Virus record (IMG/VR): IMGVR_UViG_3300009550_000529
Span: 1-39,644 of that record
Origin: a virus
Lineage: Duplodnaviria; Caudoviricetes
Length of the DNA: 39,644 bases
Strand: one strand, 5' to 3'
The notes beneath the pieces were generated by a model. It saw nothing but the letters and a program-made list of their open reading frames with translations, did not search any database and was not told where the DNA came from. Of the stretch, positions 9,482 through 17,301 are shown one piece after another. The first letter of the stretch is position 1. Every line of letters begins with the position of its first letter. The position numbers were made by a program, and so were the translations under genes.

Positions 9482-9511
9482 AGCCTCGTATATTTTAAAA
9501 AAGGAGTCAAT

Positions 9512-9805
9512 ATGAATTATACCGCAATATCAAAATCCCCAGATGGATTCGCTCACGTTAACCAAGATGCTGTTATTAAAGCAGTTAAAGAATTAGGATA
9601 TAGATTAAATCCTGTACAAGGATCAGATTCTAAATTCTGGATTACTGGTCAAGAGATTAAAGGCAAACTTTATGATCTTATCGATGGTCCAAAATACTAT
9701 CAGTTAGTTATAGAGAGATTTGATTTCGGTATTCAAGCTAGAGGAGATCTTAACGCTTGGCAAATGGCTGGACAAATTAAAGACGAATTGAAAAAAAGTT
9801 CATAA
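9512..9805 (+). CDS. Hypothetical early protein
   Basis: 97 aa ORF with its own promoter and strong AAGGAG SD; no recognisable motif. Confidence 0.7.
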   Translation: MNYTAISKSPDGFAHVNQDAVIKAVKELGYRLNPVQGSDSKFWITGQEIKGKLYDLIDGPKYYQLVIERFDFGIQARGDLNAWQMAGQIKDELKKSS

Positions 9806-9847
9806 AGGGGGTTTACATTATACTAAGAATACGGTATAATGGTCCCT
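9789..9847 (+). promoter_or_regulatory. sigma70-type promoter with upstream TGA-N8-TCA box (copy 1)
   Basis: TGAAAAAAAGTTCA..GGGGG-TTTACA(9812-9817)-N17-TATAAT(9835-9840)GGTCCCT; closely similar to 12078-12136. Confidence 0.8.
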
Positions 9848-9872
9848 GTATTTAAAAATTAAGGAGTTTAAA

Positions 9873-12077
9873 TTGCACAATAAAACAATCGCTAAATTAC
9901 TAAGTAAAGAGAATATCTCTATACAACATGGTAATTACCAAACTGCTTGGTTCGATGTTAAGAATAGAGTACTTGGTCTTCCAGCATGGAAGGAAATGCC
10001 AAAAGATACTTACGATCTTTTTATCGGTCACGAAGTTGGTCACGCACTCTATACACCTTATGAAGGTTGGCATGACAGTCCAGAAAAAATCGAAGGTGTA
10101 CCTAGATCCTATATGAATGTTATAGAAGACGCACGTATAGAAAGGTTCGTACAAAAAGATTACCCAGGTTTAGTTGGTCCTTTCAAAAGAGGATATAAAA
10201 ATTTATTAGAACAAGGCTTCTTTTCCGACCTAACAAATATCAATTGGAACGAAGTTAAACTTATTGATAAGATAAATATAAAGGCAAAACTTGGTGACCT
10301 ATCCAACGTACCTTTCACTAAAGAAGAAATGGTATTCTTTAAACGTGCTATGTCAAATTCTACATTCGATGAAGTTGTTCAACTCTGTAGAGACATATTG
10401 GCTTGGACTCAGGAAAACCAAGAAGAATTATTAACACAGCCTGAACAAGAAGAAGGCGACATCAAAATACCTGAGGGAGAAGACGAAGGTCCTTCTATGG
10501 GTCATGATGATTATTTGGAGAATGGCAATGAAGAAGAAAAATCAGAAAAAGCTGAGTCGTCTTCAAGCGAAGATGATACTGAGACAACAGAGACAGAAAA
10601 GGGAACAGAGGGAACAGATCAATCAGATGATAGAGAACCAGAAGAAGAATCTAACTCTGAAAAAGCTGTTAACGGCGATCCAGACCAATCTATCACAGAC
10701 AATATCTTTCGTGAAGCAGAAAAGAGTATAATAGACCAAGACGAAAGAGGTTATCAAACTGTTTACATGAGAGAACCTAGCAAAAAGGTTCGTGCACAAA
10801 TTATTAAATCTTTTAAACAACTAGAACAAGATAGAGCTAAGTCAAGAAAATATTGGGATGATATGGAAAGAGATGACCAAGATAAAGCTTACGCCCACTT
10901 TGAAAACCAATTACCATCTTACTTAACACAAGTTAAGAAATCTACTAACTTTGCAGTTAAAGAATTCGAAATGAGAAAGGCAGCTTACCAATGGCAAAGA
11001 GCAACAACTGCTAAATCTGGTTCTTTGGACGTAAATAAAGTACACGCTTATAAGTACAGCGAAGACATATTTGCTAAGGTCACACAATTAGCAGATGCCA
11101 AAAACCATGGTATGATATTACTTGTAGACTATTCAGGTTCAATGGCTGGTACATTACACAATGTTATAGACCAAGTTATTCATTTAGTTACATTCTGCAA
11201 AACAGTTAATATACCTTTCGAGGTTTATGCTTTCACTACTGGCAACCGTGTTAGAAATCAAATAGATGGTGAAATCGATATGAGTGACGTACATCTTACA
11301 CAATTAATTGGTTCTAGTCTAAACAAAAAAGATTATGACTCTGCTATCAAAGGTCTTTTCTTAAGAAAGTGTGCAAACGAAAACAGAAACAAAAACAACT
11401 ATTGGGACAAAGATTACGATCCAGATCTTCCAACCTTAAATGAATATTCAGTTACTGGTAAATGCGAAGAGTATGGTTCTACACCACTAAACGATGCTTT
11501 GGTCTTATCGCATAAACTAATCAAAGAATTTAAAAACAAGAACGCAATTCAGAAAATGAATTTGGTCGTTCTTTCAGATGGGGATTCAAACGGTATGAAC
11601 TCATACAAAGATTATGATATGAACATTAAACGTGCAGACGAATCACGTTGGTCTGGTATTAGTATCGAAGTTGATGGGAAAATTATAAAACAAAAAGACG
11701 TTTATGGAAGTCGTAGAGGTATGACTACAATGTTATTAGACAACATAAGAAAAAGATATGGCGTTAGAACACTTTGCTTCTTTGTTTCAAATGACCATCA
11801 CCAATGGAAACATAAGCTTCAAGATTGTGAACAGTATGATATGAAAGAAGCAAACAAAGAATATAGAAAACATAAATGTGTTACATTTAAAAATAAACTT
11901 GGATATGATGAGTTCTACTGTGTAAAAGGTGGATCCCAATTATCAGCACAAGAAGATGAATTCGAGGTAGGTGAGGACGCTTCAACCGCTAAAATAAGAA
12001 CAGCGTTTAAGAAGTTTGCTTCATCTAAGAAGAATAACAAAACCCTTCTAAGTAACTTTGGAAAGGCGGTAGCTTAA
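9873..12077 (+). CDS. CobT-like protein: N-terminal HEXXH metallopeptidase-like domain, acidic linker, C-terminal vWA domain
   Basis: HEVGHAL..NVIEDARIE; long E/D/S-rich linker; vWA MIDAS DYSGSM, STPL, LSDGD; adjacent MoxR ATPase; TTG start after AAGGAG. Confidence 0.85.
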   Translation: MHNKTIAKLLSKENISIQHGNYQTAWFDVKNRVLGLPAWKEMPKDTYDLFIGHEVGHALYTPYEGWHDSPEKIEGVPRSYMNVIEDARIERFVQKDYPGLVGPFKRGYKNLLEQGFFSDLTNINWNEVKLIDKINIKAKLGDLSNVPFTKEEMVFFKRAMSNSTFDEVVQLCRDILAWTQENQEELLTQPEQEEGDIKIPEGEDEGPSMGHDDYLENGNEEEKSEKAESSSSEDDTETTETEKGTEGTDQSDDREPEEESNSEKAVNGDPDQSITDNIFREAEKSIIDQDERGYQTVYMREPSKKVRAQIIKSFKQLEQDRAKSRKYWDDMERDDQDKAYAHFENQLPSYLTQVKKSTNFAVKEFEMRKAAYQWQRATTAKSGSLDVNKVHAYKYSEDIFAKVTQLADAKNHGMILLVDYSGSMAGTLHNVIDQVIHLVTFCKTVNIPFEVYAFTTGNRVRNQIDGEIDMSDVHLTQLIGSSLNKKDYDSAIKGLFLRKCANENRNKNNYWDKDYDPDLPTLNEYSVTGKCEEYGSTPLNDALVLSHKLIKEFKNKNAIQKMNLVVLSDGDSNGMNSYKDYDMNIKRADESRWSGISIEVDGKIIKQKDVYGSRRGMTTMLLDNIRKRYGVRTLCFFVSNDHHQWKHKLQDCEQYDMKEANKEYRKHKCVTFKNKLGYDEFYCVKGGSQLSAQEDEFEVGEDASTAKIRTAFKKFASSKKNNKTLLSNFGKAVA

Positions 12078-12136
12078 TGAAAAAAGTTTCATTTAGGGGG
12101 TTTACAAATGGTCTATTATACGGTATAATGGTCCCT
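12078..12136 (+). promoter_or_regulatory. sigma70-type promoter with upstream TGA-N8-TCA box (copy 2)
   Basis: TGAAAAAAGTTTCA..GGGGG-TTTACA(12101-12106)-N17-TATAAT(12124-12129)GGTCCCT. Confidence 0.8.
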
Positions 12137-12166
12137 ATAATAAATTAATAAGGAGTTAAATATATT

Positions 12167-13312
12167 ATGAATGATTTGAAAAGATCCACACAAGTTATCC
12201 TGGAAGAACTTGTAAAACAATATCCAGACAACACTGAGTTCAAAACTCAAATGATAGAAACCACTGCTAAAAATCTTGGCTATAAAAAGTCAGATTACAC
12301 ACCTTTGTGTGATGGCCAATACAGATCTAGGATCGGTTGGTACAATCTTGCACATTTGGTCGAACCAATAAGAAAGGCTAACGTCGTAGACTTACCTTCT
12401 GCAAGAGTTGGTATGGCACCACAATCAGTGGTTAACAAAGAAAGAACATTTGCAGAGGTCGATCCAACATTCGTACCTTGGGGTTCTTATACAGATATAA
12501 TGAAAGTTATTAAATCTGAAATGTTTTATCCAGTTTACGTATCTGGTTTATCAGGTAATGGTAAAACGTTTATGGTCGAACAAGCTGCTGCTAAACTCAA
12601 TAGAGAATTTATCAGAGTCCAAATTAATCCTGAAACCGACGAAGATGATTTGTTAGGTGGATTTAGATTAGTAGATGGTGAAACAGTATTCGCCAAAGGT
12701 CCTGTACTAAAAGCTATGGAGAACGGAGCTATTCTACTCTTAGACGAAATCGATAGAGCTACAAACAAGATTATGTGTTTACAAGGTATACTAGAAGGCA
12801 AACCAGTCCTAGTTAAAAAGACCGGCGAAGTTGTTAAACCAGCAAAAGGTTTCAATGTTATCGCAACTGCAAACACTAAAGGTAAAGGTTCAGAAGATGG
12901 AAGATTTACCGCAGCTACTATTATCGACGAAGCTTTCTTAGAAAGGTTTACTATTTCAATAGATCAAAAATTTGCTTCACCTTCAATCGAAAAGAAAATC
13001 CTAAACAAACACATGGATAAATTCGGTGCTGAAGATAGTGAATTCGTAGATAGACTTATTGATTGGGCTGATATTATCAGAAAGACTTTTTATGATGATG
13101 GTGTAGATGAAGTTATATCTACAAGAAGGCTTTGCCACATTGTACAAACATTCTCTATCTTTCAAGACAGAATGAAAGCTATTGACCTTTGTATTGCTAG
13201 ATTCGATGATGATACAAAAGAGGCTTTCTTAGATCTCTATTCCAAAGTGGATGCGGGTGTAAACTTTGACCAAGAAGATGGGGATTTACATTCCGATGAA
13301 AATACGGTATAA
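12167..13312 (+). CDS. cobS: CobS-like MoxR-family AAA+ ATPase
   Basis: GLSGNGKT (Walker A), ETDEDDLLGG, LLLDEID (Walker B), IATANTKGKG, DEAFLERF, STRRL. Confidence 0.88.
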   Translation: MNDLKRSTQVILEELVKQYPDNTEFKTQMIETTAKNLGYKKSDYTPLCDGQYRSRIGWYNLAHLVEPIRKANVVDLPSARVGMAPQSVVNKERTFAEVDPTFVPWGSYTDIMKVIKSEMFYPVYVSGLSGNGKTFMVEQAAAKLNREFIRVQINPETDEDDLLGGFRLVDGETVFAKGPVLKAMENGAILLLDEIDRATNKIMCLQGILEGKPVLVKKTGEVVKPAKGFNVIATANTKGKGSEDGRFTAATIIDEAFLERFTISIDQKFASPSIEKKILNKHMDKFGAEDSEFVDRLIDWADIIRKTFYDDGVDEVISTRRLCHIVQTFSIFQDRMKAIDLCIARFDDDTKEAFLDLYSKVDAGVNFDQEDGDLHSDENTV

Positions 13313-13313
13313 T
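13280..13313 (+). promoter_or_regulatory. sigma70-type promoter inside the 3' end of cobS
   Basis: GGGGA-TTTACA(13285-13290)-N17-TATAAT(13308-13313); ATG 13321 7 nt downstream. Confidence 0.75.
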
Positions 13314-13320
13314 GGGGGAT

Positions 13321-13614
13321 ATGAAAAAAATTAATTATAAGTTTAATGAAGGCGAGCTTGTTCAAGAGCTCGCTGATTATATTAATAAAACCTATGGTTC
13401 GCACTACAGCAAAAACAAGTTTCAGTCTACTGAATTTATTGTTGACTGCGGTCATGGTACGGGTTTTGCAATAGGAAACATATTGAAATACGCACAGAGA
13501 TACGGACGCAAGGGCACGCACGCCGACGCGCGAAAGGATCTTATGAAAGTATTACATTATGCAATCATTGCACTATCCATTCACGATACGGAGAATAATG
13601 ATGCAAGTGAGTAA
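13321..13614 (+). CDS. DUF3310 / SaV-like protein (T7 gp1.7-like nucleotide kinase family)
   Basis: TYGSHY..., GFAIGNILKYAQRYGRKG...DLMKVLHYA; start 13321 preferred to 13312. Confidence 0.7.
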   Translation: MKKINYKFNEGELVQELADYINKTYGSHYSKNKFQSTEFIVDCGHGTGFAIGNILKYAQRYGRKGTHADARKDLMKVLHYAIIALSIHDTENNDASE

Positions 13615-14272
13615 TGAAACAATCGAGGTTTTAAAGAACTTCGCAGGGATTAATCCTAATATAGTTATTAGTCCTGGACAAAAACTAAAGACAATATCTG
13701 AAGCCAAAAACATTATGGCCCAAGCAGATATTACAGAGGACTTTCCATTAGAATTTGGAATCTATGATTTAAACGAATTCTTATCAGTCCTAACATTAGT
13801 GGATAACCCACAATTAGACTTTGATGAAAGCTTTGTCAAAGTAACAAATGGTGGATTAAATGTTAAATACTTTTATTCAGAAAAAGAGATATTAACTACA
13901 CCACAAAAAGATATTAATATGCCAGATTGTGAGGTTGGTGTTAACATTCCTTTAACACAAATAGATCAAATCAAAAAAGCCGCAGCGGTTCTTGGACATG
14001 CAGAATTAGTTATCAAAGGTGATAATGGAAGAGTAACTGCAGAGGTTTATGATACACAAGATAGCACATCTAACACATTTAGTTTATTATTAGATGAAGA
14101 TAATGAATGCAAAGAAACATTTAGCTTTATATTTAACATACCAAATCTAAAACTTATGGGTGGTGATTACTATGTTAACATCAGCTCTAAATTAATATCA
14201 CATTGGACAAACTCCGATTATCCTATAAATTATTTTATAGCTTTAGAGAAAGGATCGAGTTTTGGCGTATAA
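13598..14272 (+). CDS. gp45: DNA polymerase sliding clamp
   Basis: SNETIEVLKNFAGINPNI, FGIYDLNEFLSVL, NLKLMGGDY.V.IS, YFIALE; GGAG SD before ATG 13598/13601. Confidence 0.94.
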   Translation: MMQVSNETIEVLKNFAGINPNIVISPGQKLKTISEAKNIMAQADITEDFPLEFGIYDLNEFLSVLTLVDNPQLDFDESFVKVTNGGLNVKYFYSEKEILTTPQKDINMPDCEVGVNIPLTQIDQIKKAAAVLGHAELVIKGDNGRVTAEVYDTQDSTSNTFSLLLDEDNECKETFSFIFNIPNLKLMGGDYYVNISSKLISHWTNSDYPINYFIALEKGSSFGV

Positions 14273-14275
14273 ATA
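14268..14275 (+). promoter_or_regulatory. T4-type late promoter
   Basis: TATAAATA overlapping the gp45 stop. Confidence 0.7.
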
Positions 14276-14374
14276 CTATATGCTAGAAAATTCTCATTTA
14301 TATAATGGGGATATAGGTGGAGATGCCGGATGGTCCGGGTCTCTTAATTATAGTCTACTTGCAAGGAGAAAACT

Positions 14375-14629
14375 ATGACAGAAGAAGTAAAAGCAGCTAC
14401 TGACGAGCAAGCTGGAGTCAATCTTTCCCTACAAGACATTGCAACGTGTGTACAGATTATCGACATCTGTTCAAGGCGTGGTGGTTTTGAAGGACAAGAA
14501 TTGGAAACAGTCGGCGGTTTAAGAAACAGAATTGTTACTTTCTTAAACGAAAACGCTAAGCAATCAGGTCAAGAAGTACCAGAAGGTTCTGTACCTGAAG
14601 TTGAAGAAGCTAGTTCAGACGATAGCTAA
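14375..14629 (+). CDS. Hypothetical acidic protein
   Basis: 84 aa, AAGGAG SD; core LSLQDIATCVQIIDICSRRGGFEGQELETVGGLRNRIVTFL. Confidence 0.75.
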   Translation: MTEEVKAATDEQAGVNLSLQDIATCVQIIDICSRRGGFEGQELETVGGLRNRIVTFLNENAKQSGQEVPEGSVPEVEEASSDDS

Positions 14630-14633
14630 AACT

Positions 14634-14661
14634 AGAGGGGTGAAATTCCCCTCTTATTATT
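14634..14661 (+). terminator. Hairpin / probable terminator
   Basis: AGAGGGG-TGAAATT-CCCCTCT followed by TATTATT. Confidence 0.55.
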
Positions 14662-14674
14662 ATGGAGCACGTGA

Positions 14675-15610
14675 ATGCAAGAATTTCTATGGGTCGAAAA
14701 GTACAGACCAACAACAATCAACAATTGTATATTACCTAAAAATATTAAATCAACTTTCGAAGATATTGTTAACGGAGGTGAACTACACAATATGCTTCTC
14801 ACCGGAACACCCGGTACAGGTAAAACAACAATTGCAAAAGCTTTATGCAATGAATTAGGTTTAGATTACCTACTAATCAACGGTTCAGAAGAATCCGGAA
14901 TTGATACACTAAGAACAAAGATAAAACAATTTGCTTCAAGCATATCTCTTTCGGGTGGGTACAAGGTGGTTATACTAGATGAGGCAGATTATCTAAACCC
15001 CCAATCCACCCAACCTGCTCTTAGAGCATTTATAGAAGAGTTTAGTGCTAATTGCAGATTTATCTTAACCTGTAATTTTAGAAATAGAATTATAGAACCT
15101 TTACATTCCAGATGTGCGGTCGTAGAGTTTAACATTCCTAAAAAGGATATGCCAACTCTATGCGAACAATTCATGGTTAGATGTAAAACCATCTTAGATA
15201 GTGAAGGTATCTCTTATGAGGAACCAGTTCTTGCCGAACTAATTATGAAACACATGCCAGATTGGCGTAGGGTGTTAAACGAATTACAAAGGTATGGAAC
15301 TTCAGGTAATATAGATACTGGTATACTTGTTCAAATATCTGATATATCATTATTAGATCTAATGGAACATCTTAAGACTAAAAACTTTAGGCTTATGAGA
15401 CAATGGGTTACAGATAATATGGATAGCGAACCAGCTGCCATATTTAGAAAGATATATGACTCTATGGGTGAATATGTAGAGCCATCTAGTATACCACAGG
15501 TTGTTCTAATCTTGGCGGATTATCAATATAAGAATGCGTTCGCCGCAGATCATGAACTAAATTTAGTAGCATGTTTAACAGAACTAATGACACAGGTAAA
15601 GTTTAAATGA
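14675..15610 (+). CDS. gp44: Clamp loader large subunit
   Basis: LWVEKYRP, GTPGTGKTT, INGSEE.GID, ILDEAD, QPALRAFIEEFS, IIEPLHSRC. Confidence 0.97.
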   Translation: MQEFLWVEKYRPTTINNCILPKNIKSTFEDIVNGGELHNMLLTGTPGTGKTTIAKALCNELGLDYLLINGSEESGIDTLRTKIKQFASSISLSGGYKVVILDEADYLNPQSTQPALRAFIEEFSANCRFILTCNFRNRIIEPLHSRCAVVEFNIPKKDMPTLCEQFMVRCKTILDSEGISYEEPVLAELIMKHMPDWRRVLNELQRYGTSGNIDTGILVQISDISLLDLMEHLKTKNFRLMRQWVTDNMDSEPAAIFRKIYDSMGEYVEPSSIPQVVLILADYQYKNAFAADHELNLVACLTELMTQVKFK

Positions 15611-15756
15611 AACAAGACGACAAAACAATATACGAACACAATGTGAAAGAGCTTCAAGGACAATTAGTCGAAGCTCATAAAAGGATTGCTGAACTAAACG
15701 ATATAATCAATAAACAGCAAGCCCAGTTAAGTTATTATAAAAATGAATCCATTTGA
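15607..15756 (+). CDS. Small coiled-coil hypothetical protein (49 aa)
   Basis: MKQDDKTIYEHNVKELQGQLVEAHKRIAELNDIINKQQAQLSYYKNESI*; ATGA overlap with gp44 stop; not in the ORF track. Confidence 0.6.
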   Translation: MKQDDKTIYEHNVKELQGQLVEAHKRIAELNDIINKQQAQLSYYKNESI

Positions 15757-16129
15757 ATATGTAAAAGCAATCAATAACACCAAGAAAGACATAATGGTGG
15801 ATGATATTGCAGAGAAAGAATATAATGCCTTTATGGTAAATAGATCTTTATCCAATTTTCAGGATACAGTGCTATACGCTAATCTAATGAACGTAAATCA
15901 TCATGTAGATGCGCGTCTTCAATTCGATTTTTTTATAAATACTATTAGAAAGAAAAATAGATTTTCTAAATGGCTTAAGCCGTTAAATTATGAGAATCTA
16001 GATGTTATAAAAGAATATTATGGATATAGCGATGAAAAAGCTAAATCCGTTTTATCATTATTGAGCAATAAACAGATTGAAGAATTGAAAAAAAGGATTT
16101 ATAAAGGTGGAAGAACAAAAAACATATAA
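15743..16129 (+). CDS. gp62: Clamp loader small subunit
   Basis: NPFEYVKAIN.TK, YNAFMVNRSLS, QFDFFINTIRKKNRFSKW, KEYYGYS.EKA, KGG. Confidence 0.93.
   Translation: MNPFEYVKAINNTKKDIMVDDIAEKEYNAFMVNRSLSNFQDTVLYANLMNVNHHVDARLQFDFFINTIRKKNRFSKWLKPLNYENLDVIKEYYGYSDEKAKSVLSLLSNKQIEELKKRIYKGGRTKNI
15934..15941 (+). promoter_or_regulatory. Possible late promoter inside gp62, upstream of regA
   Basis: TATAAATA; could be chance in AT-rich DNA. Confidence 0.4.
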
Positions 16130-16532
16130 CGATTGGTCACCAGATTCAATGTTAGAGATAACACTGAGTGAACCAGATGACTTTTTAAAAGTCAGGGAAA
16201 CGCTAACACGAATAGGTGTAGCGTCACGAAAGGACAATAAACTATTTCAGTCTTGTCATATCTTACATAAACAAGGCAGATATTTTATAGTACATTTTAA
16301 AGAATTATTTCTCTTAGATGGTAAACCAAGCAATCTATTAGAAAATGATATACAGCGTAGGAATACAATTGCTACTCTGTTAGCTGATTGGGGATTAATA
16401 AGTATATTAAAACCTGAGTCCGCGAAGGATGTAGCCCCACTACGTCAGATTAAGGTAATACCTTATAAAGACAAACACATGTGGGAATTATGTCCAAAAT
16501 ATAATATTGGAAATAGTCAAACTAAAGACTAG
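16107..16532 (+). CDS. regA: Translational repressor RegA
   Basis: EPDDFLKVRETLTRIGVAS, QSCHILHKQGRYFIVHFKELF.LDG, RRNTIA.LL.DWGL, WEL.PKYNIG. Confidence 0.97.
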   Translation: MEEQKTYNDWSPDSMLEITLSEPDDFLKVRETLTRIGVASRKDNKLFQSCHILHKQGRYFIVHFKELFLLDGKPSNLLENDIQRRNTIATLLADWGLISILKPESAKDVAPLRQIKVIPYKDKHMWELCPKYNIGNSQTKD

Positions 16533-16537
16533 TCCGG

Positions 16538-16545
16538 TATAAATA
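16538..16545 (+). promoter_or_regulatory. T4-type late promoter for hsp20
   Basis: TATAAATA intergenic. Confidence 0.8.
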
Positions 16546-16551
16546 TAATAA

Positions 16552-16609
16552 GGTACGCCGATGGTCGGGTACCAATAACCTTGCTATTTAATAGGAGGAA
16601 ATAAAAATG
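16552..16609 (+). ncRNA. ROSE-like RNA thermometer in the hsp20 5' UTR
   Basis: Hairpin 1 GGTAC-G-CCGA-TGG-TCGG-GTACC; hairpin 2 CCTTGCTAT-TTA-ATAGGAGG pairs the UUGCU motif (bulged G) with the SD. Confidence 0.7.
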
Positions 16610-17062
16610 GTAAGAAATACTTTGAACGTTCCACGTTCACTTTTTGTAGGCTTTGAAGGCCTTTTTGATGAGTTAGAAAGAATTCATTCTTCTGCTCGAT
16701 CCGGTACGGATAACTATCCACCCCACAACATAGTCAAAATTGATGATGAGAAATTTCTCATTGAGATGGCTTTAGCGGGATTCAAAAGAGATGCAGTTTC
16801 TGTTGAAGTCAAGGATGGAATCCTAAAGGTAAAAGGCGAAATGCCAAAAGATGATGAACGCCAATATGCGTATAAAGGGATTTCATCCCGCAAATTCGAG
16901 AAGAGCTTCCGACTCTCTGAATTTGTCGTAATAGATGGTGCTGACTTCGAGGATGGTATATTAGTAGTGTATGCTAGAGTAGAACTCCCTGAAGAAAGGC
17001 GTCCGAGGAAGATCGACATTGGATCTGCTGGGGCATCAACGAAGAAGTCTTATAAACTATAA
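16607..17062 (+). CDS. hsp20: Small heat-shock protein (IbpA/Hsp20)
   Basis: FVGFE.LFD, NYPPHNIVK, IEMALAGF, YKGISSRKFEKSFRL, A.FEDGIL, PEERRPRKIDI. Confidence 0.95.
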   Translation: MVRNTLNVPRSLFVGFEGLFDELERIHSSARSGTDNYPPHNIVKIDDEKFLIEMALAGFKRDAVSVEVKDGILKVKGEMPKDDERQYAYKGISSRKFEKSFRLSEFVVIDGADFEDGILVVYARVELPEERRPRKIDIGSAGASTKKSYKL

Positions 17063-17115
17063 GAGCAATTAGCGAAACCCAGTAGGTAAGTTAATTTACA
17101 GACTGGGAGATTGTA

Positions 17116-17238
17116 ATGGGCTATTTAAGAAAGCACAAACAAGATATCAGATCCGCTGCCGAATTTGCCTTAGTGATAGGCCTCACCCTCGGGTGTGCAC
17201 CTGCACTAATGTGGTTGGCCGGATTAAGTTATCTTTAA
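17116..17238 (+). CDS. Small membrane protein (40 aa)
   Basis: MGYLRKHKQDIRSAAEFALVIGLTLGCAPALMWLAGLSYL*; GGGAG SD; basic N-terminus plus hydrophobic helix; not in the ORF track. Confidence 0.6.
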   Translation: MGYLRKHKQDIRSAAEFALVIGLTLGCAPALMWLAGLSYL

Positions 17239-17244
17239 CAAAGT

Positions 17245-17279
17245 AACCCTCTAAGCAATTAGGGGGTTTACTTTCCTTT
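17245..17279 (+). terminator. Terminator-like hairpin overlapping the gp43 promoter
   Basis: AACCCTCTAA-GCAA-TTAGGGGGTT then TACTTTCCTTT; GNRA loop. Confidence 0.5.
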
Positions 17280-17295
17280 AATATTATGGTATAAT
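17262..17295 (+). promoter_or_regulatory. sigma70-type promoter for gp43
   Basis: GGGGG-TTTACT(17267-17272)-N17-TATAAT(17290-17295); ATG 6 nt downstream, no SD. Confidence 0.8.
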
Positions 17296-17301
17296 GAACC
17301 T

